A stretch of 64,000 nucleotides of DNA, from the NCBI GenBank assembly GCA_023484045.1, contig JAMDAA010000015.1:8659-72658 (forward strand), read 5' to 3'. Every line of letters begins with the position of its first letter. Positions within the stretch are counted from its first letter, which is position 1. The position numbers and the translations under genes are program-made. This stretch comes from Patescibacteria group bacterium. GTDB taxonomy: Bacteria; Patescibacteriota; Microgenomatia; Levybacterales; UBA12049. Below are positions 37,525 to 46,607 of this stretch, in pieces. Under the pieces are notes generated by a model. The model did not search any database and was not told the DNA's origin. It worked only from the letters and a program-made list of their open reading frames with translations.

Positions 37525-38436
37525 ATGATTAAACAAAAAGTATTTTTTTATCCGATTAAAGATAGTAATCCAAACGATATTTCTCTAAAAGCAAGACATC
37601 TTCTGGAAAGAGTTATTGACGATAGCAAAATTGTTTTGGAAAAAGAAATCCCGGTAAAAGTTCATCCGGGACAGATGGGGAATATAACTTTTATTAAACC
37701 CGAAAACTTTGACGGAATTATCGATTATCTTCTGAAAAAAAATATTACAACTTATTTCGTCGAGACAGGAATGGTTACTGGACCCGGATCTAATACGGAT
37801 ATTCACAGGAGAATTGCGATGGAACATGGATTTACAAAAGTCTCTTTTGTTATAGCGGATGGAGAAGATGGAAAAGACCATATCGAAGTTGAAATCAAAA
37901 ATGGAAAGTTTTTTAAAAAATGTATGATTGGTAGAAAACTTGTCGAAGCAAAACAAGTTGTAGTCTTAAGCCATTTTAAGGGTCATGTCGACGCCGGATT
38001 TGGCGGAGCGATTAAAATGTTAGGTATTGGTTTTGCTTCGAGACAAGGCAAAATGGAGGCTCACAGTAAAGTTTACACACCCGACTTAAAGACAATTGAT
38101 TGGAGAAAGCATCAACAACTATATTACGGAAAAATCTTTAGGGAACGGGTTGCCGAATATGCTTTAGCTGCGGCTTACAATAAACGACATATCTATATTA
38201 ATTTTGCTTTATCGATTACAGATAATTGTGATTGCGATAACACGGTAATGACGCCAATATATAATGACCTGGGAATATTTGCCTCAATAGATCCAGTAGC
38301 CGTAGATAAGGCCTGTTTTGATTTGTTAAAAAGAAGAGAAGGAAAAAAACCTTTTGAGGGAGAGGATGTTTTTACTTACGCGGAGAAAATCGGGCTAGGG
38401 TCACAGAATTACGAATTAATAAATCTCTTCTTATAA
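37525..38436 (+). CDS. DUF362 domain protein
   Basis: 'VVLSHFKGHVDAGFGGAIKMLGIGFASRQGKMEAH' is the DUF362 core. Confidence 0.6.
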   Translation: MIKQKVFFYPIKDSNPNDISLKARHLLERVIDDSKIVLEKEIPVKVHPGQMGNITFIKPENFDGIIDYLLKKNITTYFVETGMVTGPGSNTDIHRRIAMEHGFTKVSFVIADGEDGKDHIEVEIKNGKFFKKCMIGRKLVEAKQVVVLSHFKGHVDAGFGGAIKMLGIGFASRQGKMEAHSKVYTPDLKTIDWRKHQQLYYGKIFRERVAEYALAAAYNKRHIYINFALSITDNCDCDNTVMTPIYNDLGIFASIDPVAVDKACFDLLKRREGKKPFEGEDVFTYAEKIGLGSQNYELINLFL

Positions 38437-38843
38437 TGTTTTAAATCGATTTTTGTTTTTATTGAGAGGGGTTTTGGTAGTTTATTTAATTTAAACCATC
38501 TGATTCCGTCGCATTTTTCCGGTTCTAATATTTTTGGCGTTTGTCCTTTTTTAATTCTTGCTAAAAAAGTGCTCGGGACCCAATGCTGTTTTTCATTTGG
38601 AATTATATGATCGGTTGCAGGGAATTGCTCTAAAATCTTTATTTCTATCCCGTATTCTTCCATCATCTCTCGTTTTATTGCTTCTTCGAGTTTTTCTCCA
38701 AAACGAACCGCTCCTCCAGGAACTTCCCAACAGCCGATTTCGTTTCTACATTTTGTCCCTCTTTTTGACAAAAACAATTCATTTTTATCATTAAAAATCA
38801 TCGCTCCGACACCGACTCCGATAAAATCAATGCCCTTTTTCAT
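38409..38843 (-). CDS. NUDIX hydrolase
   Basis: Intact Nudix box 'GGAVRFGEKLEEAIKREMMEEYGIE'. Confidence 0.85.
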   Translation of the reverse strand: MKKGIDFIGVGVGAMIFNDKNELFLSKRGTKCRNEIGCWEVPGGAVRFGEKLEEAIKREMMEEYGIEIKILEQFPATDHIIPNEKQHWVPSTFLARIKKGQTPKILEPEKCDGIRWFKLNKLPKPLSIKTKIDLKHYKKRFINS

Positions 38844-38850
38844 AGCGTAA

Positions 38851-39444
38851 TTATAAATTAACTCGTAGTTTTATCAGTTCTGTTTTTAATTGTTTTGGAT
38901 CATGAAAATGAATAGTATGAATATTTAGTTTCTTCGCCGCTTTTATATTTTCTAGCCAATCGTCGACAAAAATGCATTCTTGCGGGGTTACTTTAAGTTT
39001 TTTAAGAATTAATTCAAACGCTTTTAATTCTGGTTTACATATTCCTACTTCAAAAGAATACATTGTTGAGTGAAATAGCCTGTGATAATCAAATTTTTGT
39101 TCGCAATGTTCAACCCATTCTTTTGCGTGAACGGACAATAATCCGAGTCTATATCCGTTTTCTTTAAGCTTTTCGATAATTTCTCTAGTGCCTTTTATCT
39201 CGACCATGTTTTCGCGGATAAGCGCCTTTAATTTATTTGTGGTGATGTCCCATTTATATTTTTTTATTATTTTTTTCCAGTATTCTTCTTCTGTAATTTT
39301 CCCGTGAAATAACTGTTCTGATTCATCTTCGAAACATATTTTAGATGTTATTTCGGCCCCAGTAATTTTAGTTATCCTTTTTTCGATACCTCGCATTCCG
39401 GAAAAAAATACTTCCGATAAATCAAAAATAATTGTCGTAATCAT
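38851..39444 (-). CDS. HAD-superfamily hydrolase
   Basis: Motif I 'IIFDLSEV' (DxD/DxS nucleophile loop) and C-terminal 'FVDD' motif IV. Confidence 0.65.
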   Translation of the reverse strand: MITTIIFDLSEVFFSGMRGIEKRITKITGAEITSKICFEDESEQLFHGKITEEEYWKKIIKKYKWDITTNKLKALIRENMVEIKGTREIIEKLKENGYRLGLLSVHAKEWVEHCEQKFDYHRLFHSTMYSFEVGICKPELKAFELILKKLKVTPQECIFVDDWLENIKAAKKLNIHTIHFHDPKQLKTELIKLRVNL

Positions 39445-39499
39445 AGAATGAATTATAACATGTCTAGAATTTAGTGGGCCTAAGAGGTAAAGCTAAAGA

Positions 39500-39790
39500 C
39501 TATTTAGTTTTCTTAGATTTTGGTTTTTTTGCGGCTACAGGTTTTACGGTCTTTTTTGCCGGCATTAATTTTGAAAGTCTCGATTTAATCCTCGCGGCTT
39601 TATTTTTATGGATAATTTTATTTTTCGCCGCTTTATCGACTGTTTTTGTGGCAATCAATATAGTTTTTTCCGAAGGTTTTTTCCCAGCCTTTTTAATGGC
39701 TTCGCTCAAAAGTTTTTTAAATTTTGCGTTTTTTACGCTTCTTTTCTTGTCTTGTCGTAATTTCTTTTTTGCCGATTTTATTACTGGCAT
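39500..39790 (-). CDS. rpsT: 30S ribosomal protein bS20
   Basis: 'MPVIKSAKKKLRQDKKR...IIHKNKAARIKSRLSKL' matches bS20 ('IKSAKKR' ... 'HKNKAARHKA'). Confidence 0.85.
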   Translation of the reverse strand: MPVIKSAKKKLRQDKKRSVKNAKFKKLLSEAIKKAGKKPSEKTILIATKTVDKAAKNKIIHKNKAARIKSRLSKLMPAKKTVKPVAAKKPKSKKTK

Positions 39791-39824
39791 AGCGTTATTT
39801 TATCATGCTATACTGGTAAATACA

Positions 39825-41492
39825 ATGCCTAAGGATTTTTTAAGAAAAAGCCTCAACATACTTCTTGCCAGACAGACAAACATTTTATCGGCCGCTTTTA
39901 TTATCATGCTGACGATTGTTTTGTCTCAGTTACTCGGTCTTATAAGACAAAGATTATTAGTCAGTATTTTTGGTGCGTCGGATACTTTAGGAGTATATCT
40001 GGCATCACAAAAACTTCCGGATTTTTTATTTCAACTTATTATTGCGGGCGCGTTGTCTTCTTCTTTTATTCCTGTTTTTTCGGAATACTTAAACAAGGGC
40101 AAAGAAAAAGAGGCGCACGAAATGGCTTCGACGCTTCTTGTTTTGTGTTTCGGAATTTTTTTGGTTTTGTCTTTGATCCTATTTATATTCGCTCCGTTTT
40201 TCCTTCACGTATTAAACCTTGGATCGGGATTCTCAGATAAAGAAATGATTTTAATGAGCGATCTAATGAGGATTATTATTTTCGGTCAACTTCTTTTTAT
40301 ACTCGGGACATTCTTTTCGGCAATCTTGCAGTCGTACAATCATTTTTTTATTCCGGGGATCGCAGCGGCTTTATACAATTTAGGAATAATAATCGGAATA
40401 GTTGTTTTTTCGTCGGTTTTTGGGATATATTCTGCTGCGATCGGTGTGGTTTTGGGTGCGTTTATATTTTTTATAGTACAGCTACCGATGAGTAAAAGGG
40501 TCGGATTTTCTTTCCGACCGTCGTTAAAAAACATAAAAGAAGACGGCGTACTGGAAGTTGTAAAACTTATGTGGCCGAGAACCATTTCGATCGCGGTTTT
40601 CCAATTCGGAACGATCGCGACCGTAACACTTATTTCATTCTTGTCATCTCCGGGAAGAAACTACGTAATATTCGATTACGCACAAACCTTAGCGTTTGCG
40701 CCGGTCGTGTTGTTTGGGCAGACGATCGCGCAAGCGGCATTTCCAGTATTATCGAGGGAAAGAGAAAAACTTGAGGAATTTAAGACAACTTTTACGACGA
40801 GTTTTAATCAAATAGCGTATCTTATAATTCCCGTTTCTGTGATTTTTATAGTTTTAAGAGTCCCGGTTATTCGCTTATTTTTCGGCGCCGGACAATTTGA
40901 CTGGAGCGCGACGCTTTTAACCGGAAAAGCTTTAGCAATTTTATCGCTTTCGATCTTTGCACAGGCGCTAATATACCTGGTTTCGCGTGGTTTTTACGCT
41001 TTTCACGACACAAGGACGCCGCTTATAATAGGGAGCGTAACAACAGTCTTAATGCTTTTAGTAAACGCTTTATTTATTTTTGTTTATCATTTTGGCATCG
41101 AGAGCGTTGCGATCGCAACTTCGATCGGCGCTGTAATAAATTTGATATTACTTCTTACATTCCTGGACATAAAAATTAAAGGTTTTAACAGAAAGTTTTT
41201 AATAGTACCATTTGTAAAAATAACTTTGGCGAGTTTTTTAAGCGGTTTTGCGTTGTATATTCCGATTAAGCTTTTAGATCAATTAGTTTTTGATACAACA
41301 AAAACAGTAAACCTTCTTTTCTTAACCGGAATATCGAGTTTTGCGGGACTTAGTTTCTACCTTCTCCTTACGTGGTTGTTTGATGTCAAAGAAGCGAGTA
41401 TGTTTATACATTTGTTTAGAAAAGTGAGCGGCTGGAGAGAGATATTGGGGAAAAGCGAAGAAACGATCGACGGCACGCGAATTAATCCTTAA
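39825..41492 (+). CDS. murJ: Lipid II flippase MurJ/MviN
   Basis: 'LSQLLGLIRQRLLVSIFGASDTLGVYLASQKLPDFLFQLIIAGALSSSFIPVFSEY' is the canonical MurJ N-terminus. The ORF-track start at 39474 is an artefact over rpsT. The ATG at 39825 (MPKDFLRK) follows a TATACT -10-like box. Confidence 0.85.
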   Translation: MPKDFLRKSLNILLARQTNILSAAFIIMLTIVLSQLLGLIRQRLLVSIFGASDTLGVYLASQKLPDFLFQLIIAGALSSSFIPVFSEYLNKGKEKEAHEMASTLLVLCFGIFLVLSLILFIFAPFFLHVLNLGSGFSDKEMILMSDLMRIIIFGQLLFILGTFFSAILQSYNHFFIPGIAAALYNLGIIIGIVVFSSVFGIYSAAIGVVLGAFIFFIVQLPMSKRVGFSFRPSLKNIKEDGVLEVVKLMWPRTISIAVFQFGTIATVTLISFLSSPGRNYVIFDYAQTLAFAPVVLFGQTIAQAAFPVLSREREKLEEFKTTFTTSFNQIAYLIIPVSVIFIVLRVPVIRLFFGAGQFDWSATLLTGKALAILSLSIFAQALIYLVSRGFYAFHDTRTPLIIGSVTTVLMLLVNALFIFVYHFGIESVAIATSIGAVINLILLLTFLDIKIKGFNRKFLIVPFVKITLASFLSGFALYIPIKLLDQLVFDTTKTVNLLFLTGISSFAGLSFYLLLTWLFDVKEASMFIHLFRKVSGWREILGKSEETIDGTRINP

Positions 41493-41503
41493 TTTTCTAA
41501 AAA

Positions 41504-42202
41504 ATGGTATCAGTCGAAAATTTTAGACATAAGGAACAGGAAGAAAAAGCAAAGCCCGTACAACTTGCTGTTTTAATTTCAAATAAGGGCACGGGTACAA
41601 ATCTGCAAGCTGTAATAGATGCAATAGAAGATAGATCAATTAATGCCAGTATTGCAATAGTAGTAAGCGATAAACCTGATGCAAAGGGATTTGAGAGGGT
41701 TAAAAACCGTAATATACCGAAAGGGGTCATATCTTTTAATAGATCAACACAAACTAGGAAGGCTTATGGGGCAGATTTAGGAATCACTTTAAATAGATAT
41801 GGTACTCAGATTGCGATTCTAGCCGGGTTTTCAACAGTACTGCCTCATTCCTATTTCGAAACATTTAATGGTATAACAATAAATATTCACCCGGGCCTTT
41901 TACCCGACAAAGAAGATGGGCAATATCTTTTTCCCGACGGTTCACCAGCGCCTTGGAATAAAGGTCTTATGACGAATGATGCTGTTAAAAATTTTATCGG
42001 CCTTAAGTATGCGGGGTCGACATGGCACATTGTAACCGAAGAAGCAGATACGGGCCCAGTTTTACAGCGAGTAGTAGTTGAAACTCAGCCTGAAGATACA
42101 GTCGAAACTCTTTATTCGCGATTAAAACGAGCTGAGCATAAAGGTTTAATAGAGATATTAAAAAACCCTCAGAGAATCATGAACAGTGCTTCCCAATTAT
42201 GA
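41504..42202 (+). CDS. Formyltransferase-domain protein (PurN/GART-like) with an internal insertion
   Basis: 'LAVLISNKGTGTNLQAVIDA', 'INIHPGLLP' (HPSLLP catalytic His) and 'GSTWHIVTEEADTGPVL' (Asp). Confidence 0.6.
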   Translation: MVSVENFRHKEQEEKAKPVQLAVLISNKGTGTNLQAVIDAIEDRSINASIAIVVSDKPDAKGFERVKNRNIPKGVISFNRSTQTRKAYGADLGITLNRYGTQIAILAGFSTVLPHSYFETFNGITINIHPGLLPDKEDGQYLFPDGSPAPWNKGLMTNDAVKNFIGLKYAGSTWHIVTEEADTGPVLQRVVVETQPEDTVETLYSRLKRAEHKGLIEILKNPQRIMNSASQL

Positions 42203-42235
42203 TTTTAGCCTCGTAGTCTGTTATAATCTTTCAGT

Positions 42236-44014
42236 ATGGAACAAAATATCAGAAATTTTGCGATCGTGGCGCATATCGATCACGGTAAATCAACTCTAGC
42301 AGACAGGTTTTTGGAGATCACAAAAACTGTCTCTAAAGAAAAAATAATAAATCAATTTTTAGACCAAAATCCGATAAGCAGAGAACGCGGAATCACGATA
42401 AAGCTCGCGCCGGTTCGGATGAACTATGAATATAATGGCGTTAATTATATCCTAAATCTGATCGACACTCCCGGTCATGTTGATTTCTCTTACGAGGTGT
42501 CGCGAACCCTCGCGTGTTGTGAGGGCGTAATTCTATTGGTCGACGCAACGCAGGGGATTCAGGCTCAGACCGTTGCCCATTTCAATGCGGCAAAAAAACA
42601 AAATCTCGTTATAATCCCGGTTATAAATAAAATAGACATGCCAAACGCCCAAAGCAAAATCGTGGCAAAGGCGATGTGCAATATTTTTGGATTTAATGAA
42701 GAAGAGATTTTATATATTTCTGCAAAAACAGGAGAAAACACAGGCATTGTTTTAAAAAAAGTCGTTGAAAAAATTCCTGCACCAACGGGTAACAAAAATT
42801 TATCGCTTCGGGCGCTTGTTTTTGATGCGGTTTACGACGAACACAGGGGGGTTATCGCTTTTGTCCGGATCGTTGACGGGAATATAAAACATAGAGAAAA
42901 AATAAAACTTATTCAGGAAGAAACTTTAACCCAAGGGACGGAGGTTGGTTATTTCTCTCCTTTTCTCTCTCCGTCAGCCGAACTCAAAACAGGAGAGATA
43001 GGATATATAATAACAGGCGTAAAAGACATTCATGAATGTCGGGTCGGGGATACGATTACGAATTCAGAATTCCCCAGCCTCGCCAAGCGAAGCGGGGCGG
43101 GCAAAATTCAGAATTCAAAATTTGAAAAAGTAGAACCGTTGCCAGGTTACGAACCACCTAAACCCATGGTTTTCTTCGGTGTTTATCCTAAAAATCCCGA
43201 TGACTTTGTTCGTCTTAAAGAAGGATTGTCAAGACTTACTCTCAAAGATGCCTCACTCACTTTTTCCGAAGATTACTCATCTTTTTTAGGAAGCGGATTC
43301 AGAGTCGGTTTTTTAGGACTGCTGCATGCAGAGATTATTAAAGAAAGGCTGAAAAGGGAAGAAAAAGTCGAGCCGCTTTTAACTATCCCGCAAGTTTTGT
43401 ATAAGAAAAATCCCGATGGCTCGATGCTTGAGCCATATATTAGTTTATTGATTTATTCTCCGGTCGATTTTATCGGAAATATTATGTCTCTCTGCCAAAG
43501 AAGAAAAGGTAAGCTTATTAACACTTTATACCATGATACGTACGCGGTTTTGGAGTATGAACTACCGTATAGTATGTTTATAAGAGGGTTGTCATCGGAA
43601 TTAAAATCTGCATCTTCGGGATTTGCGAGTGTCGATTATGAGTTTATCGGTTTTAGAAGCGCAAATTTAATAAATTTAGAGATTATAATCAATGATCATC
43701 CGATCGATGTTTTATCGGAATATGTTTATAAAGATGAGGTTATTTATAAGGCCCGGGAAAAAACAGAAAAATTAAAAGAATTATTACCAAGACAACAGTT
43801 TAGACAAATTATCCAAGGTGTTATTGATGGAAAAATTATTGCGAGAGAAGAAATTCCGCCGTTCAGAAAAGATGTTGTCGCAAAACTTTCCGGAGGAGAC
43901 AGAACAAGAAAAGATAAACTCCTAAAAAAACAAAAGAAAGGAAAGAGAAGGTTGGAAAATTATTCAAAAGTTAACTTACCACAAGAAGCCCTGCTTTCTT
44001 TTTTGGAGAAATAG
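42236..44014 (+). CDS. lepA: Elongation factor 4 (LepA)
   Basis: 'FAIVAHIDHGKSTLADR', 'NLIDTPGHVDFSYEVSR', 'NKIDMP'. LepA-specific C-terminal domain. Confidence 0.95.
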   Translation: MEQNIRNFAIVAHIDHGKSTLADRFLEITKTVSKEKIINQFLDQNPISRERGITIKLAPVRMNYEYNGVNYILNLIDTPGHVDFSYEVSRTLACCEGVILLVDATQGIQAQTVAHFNAAKKQNLVIIPVINKIDMPNAQSKIVAKAMCNIFGFNEEEILYISAKTGENTGIVLKKVVEKIPAPTGNKNLSLRALVFDAVYDEHRGVIAFVRIVDGNIKHREKIKLIQEETLTQGTEVGYFSPFLSPSAELKTGEIGYIITGVKDIHECRVGDTITNSEFPSLAKRSGAGKIQNSKFEKVEPLPGYEPPKPMVFFGVYPKNPDDFVRLKEGLSRLTLKDASLTFSEDYSSFLGSGFRVGFLGLLHAEIIKERLKREEKVEPLLTIPQVLYKKNPDGSMLEPYISLLIYSPVDFIGNIMSLCQRRKGKLINTLYHDTYAVLEYELPYSMFIRGLSSELKSASSGFASVDYEFIGFRSANLINLEIIINDHPIDVLSEYVYKDEVIYKAREKTEKLKELLPRQQFRQIIQGVIDGKIIAREEIPPFRKDVVAKLSGGDRTRKDKLLKKQKKGKRRLENYSKVNLPQEALLSFLEK

Positions 44015-44017
44015 ATA

Positions 44018-45130
44018 CTATAGTGCTAAGAAAACAAGCGCCCCGATTATCGTAGCCGCGATTCCAAAAGCGCCTGCACCGAGAATAATATCTCCCGGTC
44101 CCGGTGCTTGCGGAGTAGTAACGACTGTAGTCGGAGTTGCTGTGGCCGCCGGCCGTGTTGTTCCGCCCGTTGCACTTCCCCCAGAGATAGTTATTGTTTT
44201 ACTGCAAGTTGCAATATCGCTCACAGCGCCTTTATCGTCTGTTAATACAGCAGATGTGTTAAACGTTCCCGAATTATTAAAAGTATGGGCGATTTGAACG
44301 CTTACGTTATTTGTTCCGATTCCGCCGGCTTGAGTAACATCCTGGACCGGCCCGTCTCCGAAATTAAATGTTGCTTTATTTATCGTGCTATCGGGGTCAT
44401 TACCAGAAGCAGTGAATGTAATCGAAAGAGGAGCTGTTCCCGACGCTTCGCGATCTAAAGCGAAGGACGTACAAACCGGAGATTGATTTGTGGCGCTTGG
44501 AGTGGCAGTTATCGAAGGTTGAATAGTCGGCGTTGGCACTACTCCTCCAATTTTTATATAAGCAGGAATTGTATTTTTTATAGAATTTTCGGTATAAGGG
44601 TCGCCCGCAGCAGAAGATCGCGCTTGAGTCTGCGGTGTGTAACTTATTTCAGTTGGGGCGTCTGTCGCTTCGATCGCGTTAAAAGATATGGTTCCAAGTT
44701 TTGTCGCCGATTGAATAACCTTGGTCGGGTCAGCGCCCTGACTGCTACTTACAATAACAGAAAGCAATGCGTATACGCTCCCCGAATTATATGTTGGACC
44801 TTCAAGCGCGGTTACAACGGCAGAGTTCGGGACAAATCCATTCTGTATAACTGCTAGCTTTTTCGGATCATATTTAATGTAAAGTTTAACGACCGTGATA
44901 ATATTTTTCCCCGGATCCATCATTATGTCCATGTCCGCTTTATCTCCGACGTTTTTTTGTATCGGTGAAGCGAGTGTCGAATCCGGTTTAAAAGAAACAA
45001 CGGTTAAAGGTGCGGCACTACTTCTTATTTCTTGTTGCCTTTGGAGCAAATATAATGTTACAGGTATCGCTCCGAGAAGAACTAAAATAAAGCCTAATAA
45101 AAGTATCTTTTTGCCGGAGAAAAGACTCAT
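44018..45130 (-). CDS. Secreted/anchored PKD-domain protein with Pro/Thr/Ala-rich C-terminus and PG-x-G...TM tail
   Basis: PKD signature 'FNFGDGPVQDV...IAHTFNNSGTFNTSAVLTDDKGAVS'. C-terminus 'PGPGDIILGAGAFGIAATIIGALVFLAL'. Confidence 0.6.
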   Translation of the reverse strand: MSLFSGKKILLLGFILVLLGAIPVTLYLLQRQQEIRSSAAPLTVVSFKPDSTLASPIQKNVGDKADMDIMMDPGKNIITVVKLYIKYDPKKLAVIQNGFVPNSAVVTALEGPTYNSGSVYALLSVIVSSSQGADPTKVIQSATKLGTISFNAIEATDAPTEISYTPQTQARSSAAGDPYTENSIKNTIPAYIKIGGVVPTPTIQPSITATPSATNQSPVCTSFALDREASGTAPLSITFTASGNDPDSTINKATFNFGDGPVQDVTQAGGIGTNNVSVQIAHTFNNSGTFNTSAVLTDDKGAVSDIATCSKTITISGGSATGGTTRPAATATPTTVVTTPQAPGPGDIILGAGAFGIAATIIGALVFLAL

Positions 45131-45211
45131 ACAATAAAACCCATAATTTCTGGGATATTTTTATAGTAAAGAACAGCAAACATCCTGTCAAGTAGGTGCT
45201 AGTCTTAGGAC

Positions 45212-45266
45212 TTGCAATTGCTGTAAAGACGGTGTATAATTTGAACGGAAAGTAGGAAATTCCGTT
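45212..45266 (+). promoter_or_regulatory. Near-consensus sigma70-type promoter (TTGCAA-17 nt-TATAAT), then a 23-bp palindrome AACGGAAAGTAGGAAATTCCGTT (putative operator)
   Basis: -35 at 45212..45217, -10 at 45235..45240. Inverted repeat at 45244..45266. SD-like 'AAAGGCGGGTGA' precedes the ATG at 45296. Confidence 0.5.
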
Positions 45267-45295
45267 TATTTCATATTAAAGGCGGGTGAAAAAAG

Positions 45296-45553
45296 ATGTT
45301 TATAGATAATAAAAAGTTTTACGGTTCAACCACCGTTGGAGAGAAGGGTCAGGTAGTCCTCCCAGCCGATTTAAGGCGAGATCTCAAAGTTGAGGCAGGT
45401 GATAAATTGGCTGTTTTGGTTTTGAAAAAGTCAGGTTTTTCGGGTATCGTCATGATTCAGACTGGACTTCTCACTGTTATTCTCGAGAAGTTTTTCGGCG
45501 GGAAGTTGGCAGAATTTATTAAAGATAAGAAATCGACAGAAAAAGTTAAATAA
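45296..45553 (+). CDS. AbrB/MazE/SpoVT-type small DNA-binding protein (paralog of 13655..13909)
   Basis: 'TTVGEKGQVVLPADLRRDLKVEAGDKLAV' shares '..G[EQ].GQ[VM]VLP....R....[IV].AGDKLAV' with the arsM-linked paralog. Confidence 0.6.
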   Translation: MFIDNKKFYGSTTVGEKGQVVLPADLRRDLKVEAGDKLAVLVLKKSGFSGIVMIQTGLLTVILEKFFGGKLAEFIKDKKSTEKVK

Positions 45554-45559
45554 ATACCT

Positions 45560-46606
45560 ATGATTAAAAGGTTTTTTATCAGGAGAAATATTTTGATTGC
45601 CTTGGCATTTCTAGCAATTCTTTTTATTGGTTTTCGGGTGTATCCATCTTTTTCGAGCGCAGCCCGGGAGGAAACGATCGAAGTAAAAAGAGATACTATT
45701 ATGCAGAGAGTAACTGCTTCCGGAGAAATCAAATCCGAAGACGAAGTCGAGCTAAAATTTCCAGTGAGTGGGAAATTAGTTTATCTCGCAGTTGAAAAAA
45801 ATGAGCCGGTTAAAAAAGGAAGTTATATCGCCTCTTTAGACAAAGAAAAACTAGAAGCAAGCTTACGACAAGCCTGGCAAGATTTTACCGCTGCCAAAGC
45901 CGAATCCGAAAAAGTTTACGACGAACTTAAAAGAAAAGTAGACGAATCTTTTGACGAAAAAATAAGAAGGACAGCCGTAGATGCAAAACAGAATAAAGCC
46001 TATGACTCGATTAAAAAAGCAGAACAAGATTTAAAAGACGCCGATTTATACTCGCCGATTACAGGAGTTGTCACCAAAGTTTATGTTCAAGCGGGAACAG
46101 GAATTACCAATACCACTTCCATTGTCACGATCGCAAATCCGAATAACATGGTTTTTTTAGCAAGGGTAGGCGAATCGGATATTGGCGATGTTTCGATTGG
46201 TCAAGAAGCTTCGGTTGCCCTCGACGCTTTTGAAGGGAAAACGTTTAAAGGGCATGTTTCCGAAATCGACTATGCAGCAACAGTTAACGGCGGCAAAAGC
46301 TATCTTGTCAAAATTGTTTTAGAAGACCTTACTAAAGTAAAACTCGATATGAGCGGAGACGCAGAAATAATAACGGTTTCTCGTCCCGATGCCTTAATTA
46401 TTCCGCGAAGCGCAGTCCAAGAAAAAAACGGCCCCACTTCGCCAGGGCTTCGCGGGGCAAGCAAAAAATACGTCGAGATTTTGGAAGGAAAAAACACCAG
46501 ACAAAAGGAAATAACAACCGGCATAAAAGGTACCGGCGGAGTTGTCGAGATTCTTTCGGGACTTGATGTTTTTGAGAAAGTAATAGTTCCAAAACCTGCA
46601 AAATAG
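45560..46606 (+). CDS. Efflux periplasmic adaptor (HlyD/MacA family)
   Basis: N-terminal TM, biotinyl/lipoyl-like hairpins ('SGEIKSEDEVELKFPVSGKL', 'DLYSPITGVVTKVYVQAG'), long coiled coil. Confidence 0.75.
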   Translation: MIKRFFIRRNILIALAFLAILFIGFRVYPSFSSAAREETIEVKRDTIMQRVTASGEIKSEDEVELKFPVSGKLVYLAVEKNEPVKKGSYIASLDKEKLEASLRQAWQDFTAAKAESEKVYDELKRKVDESFDEKIRRTAVDAKQNKAYDSIKKAEQDLKDADLYSPITGVVTKVYVQAGTGITNTTSIVTIANPNNMVFLARVGESDIGDVSIGQEASVALDAFEGKTFKGHVSEIDYAATVNGGKSYLVKIVLEDLTKVKLDMSGDAEIITVSRPDALIIPRSAVQEKNGPTSPGLRGASKKYVEILEGKNTRQKEITTGIKGTGGVVEILSGLDVFEKVIVPKPAK

Positions 46607-46607
46607 C

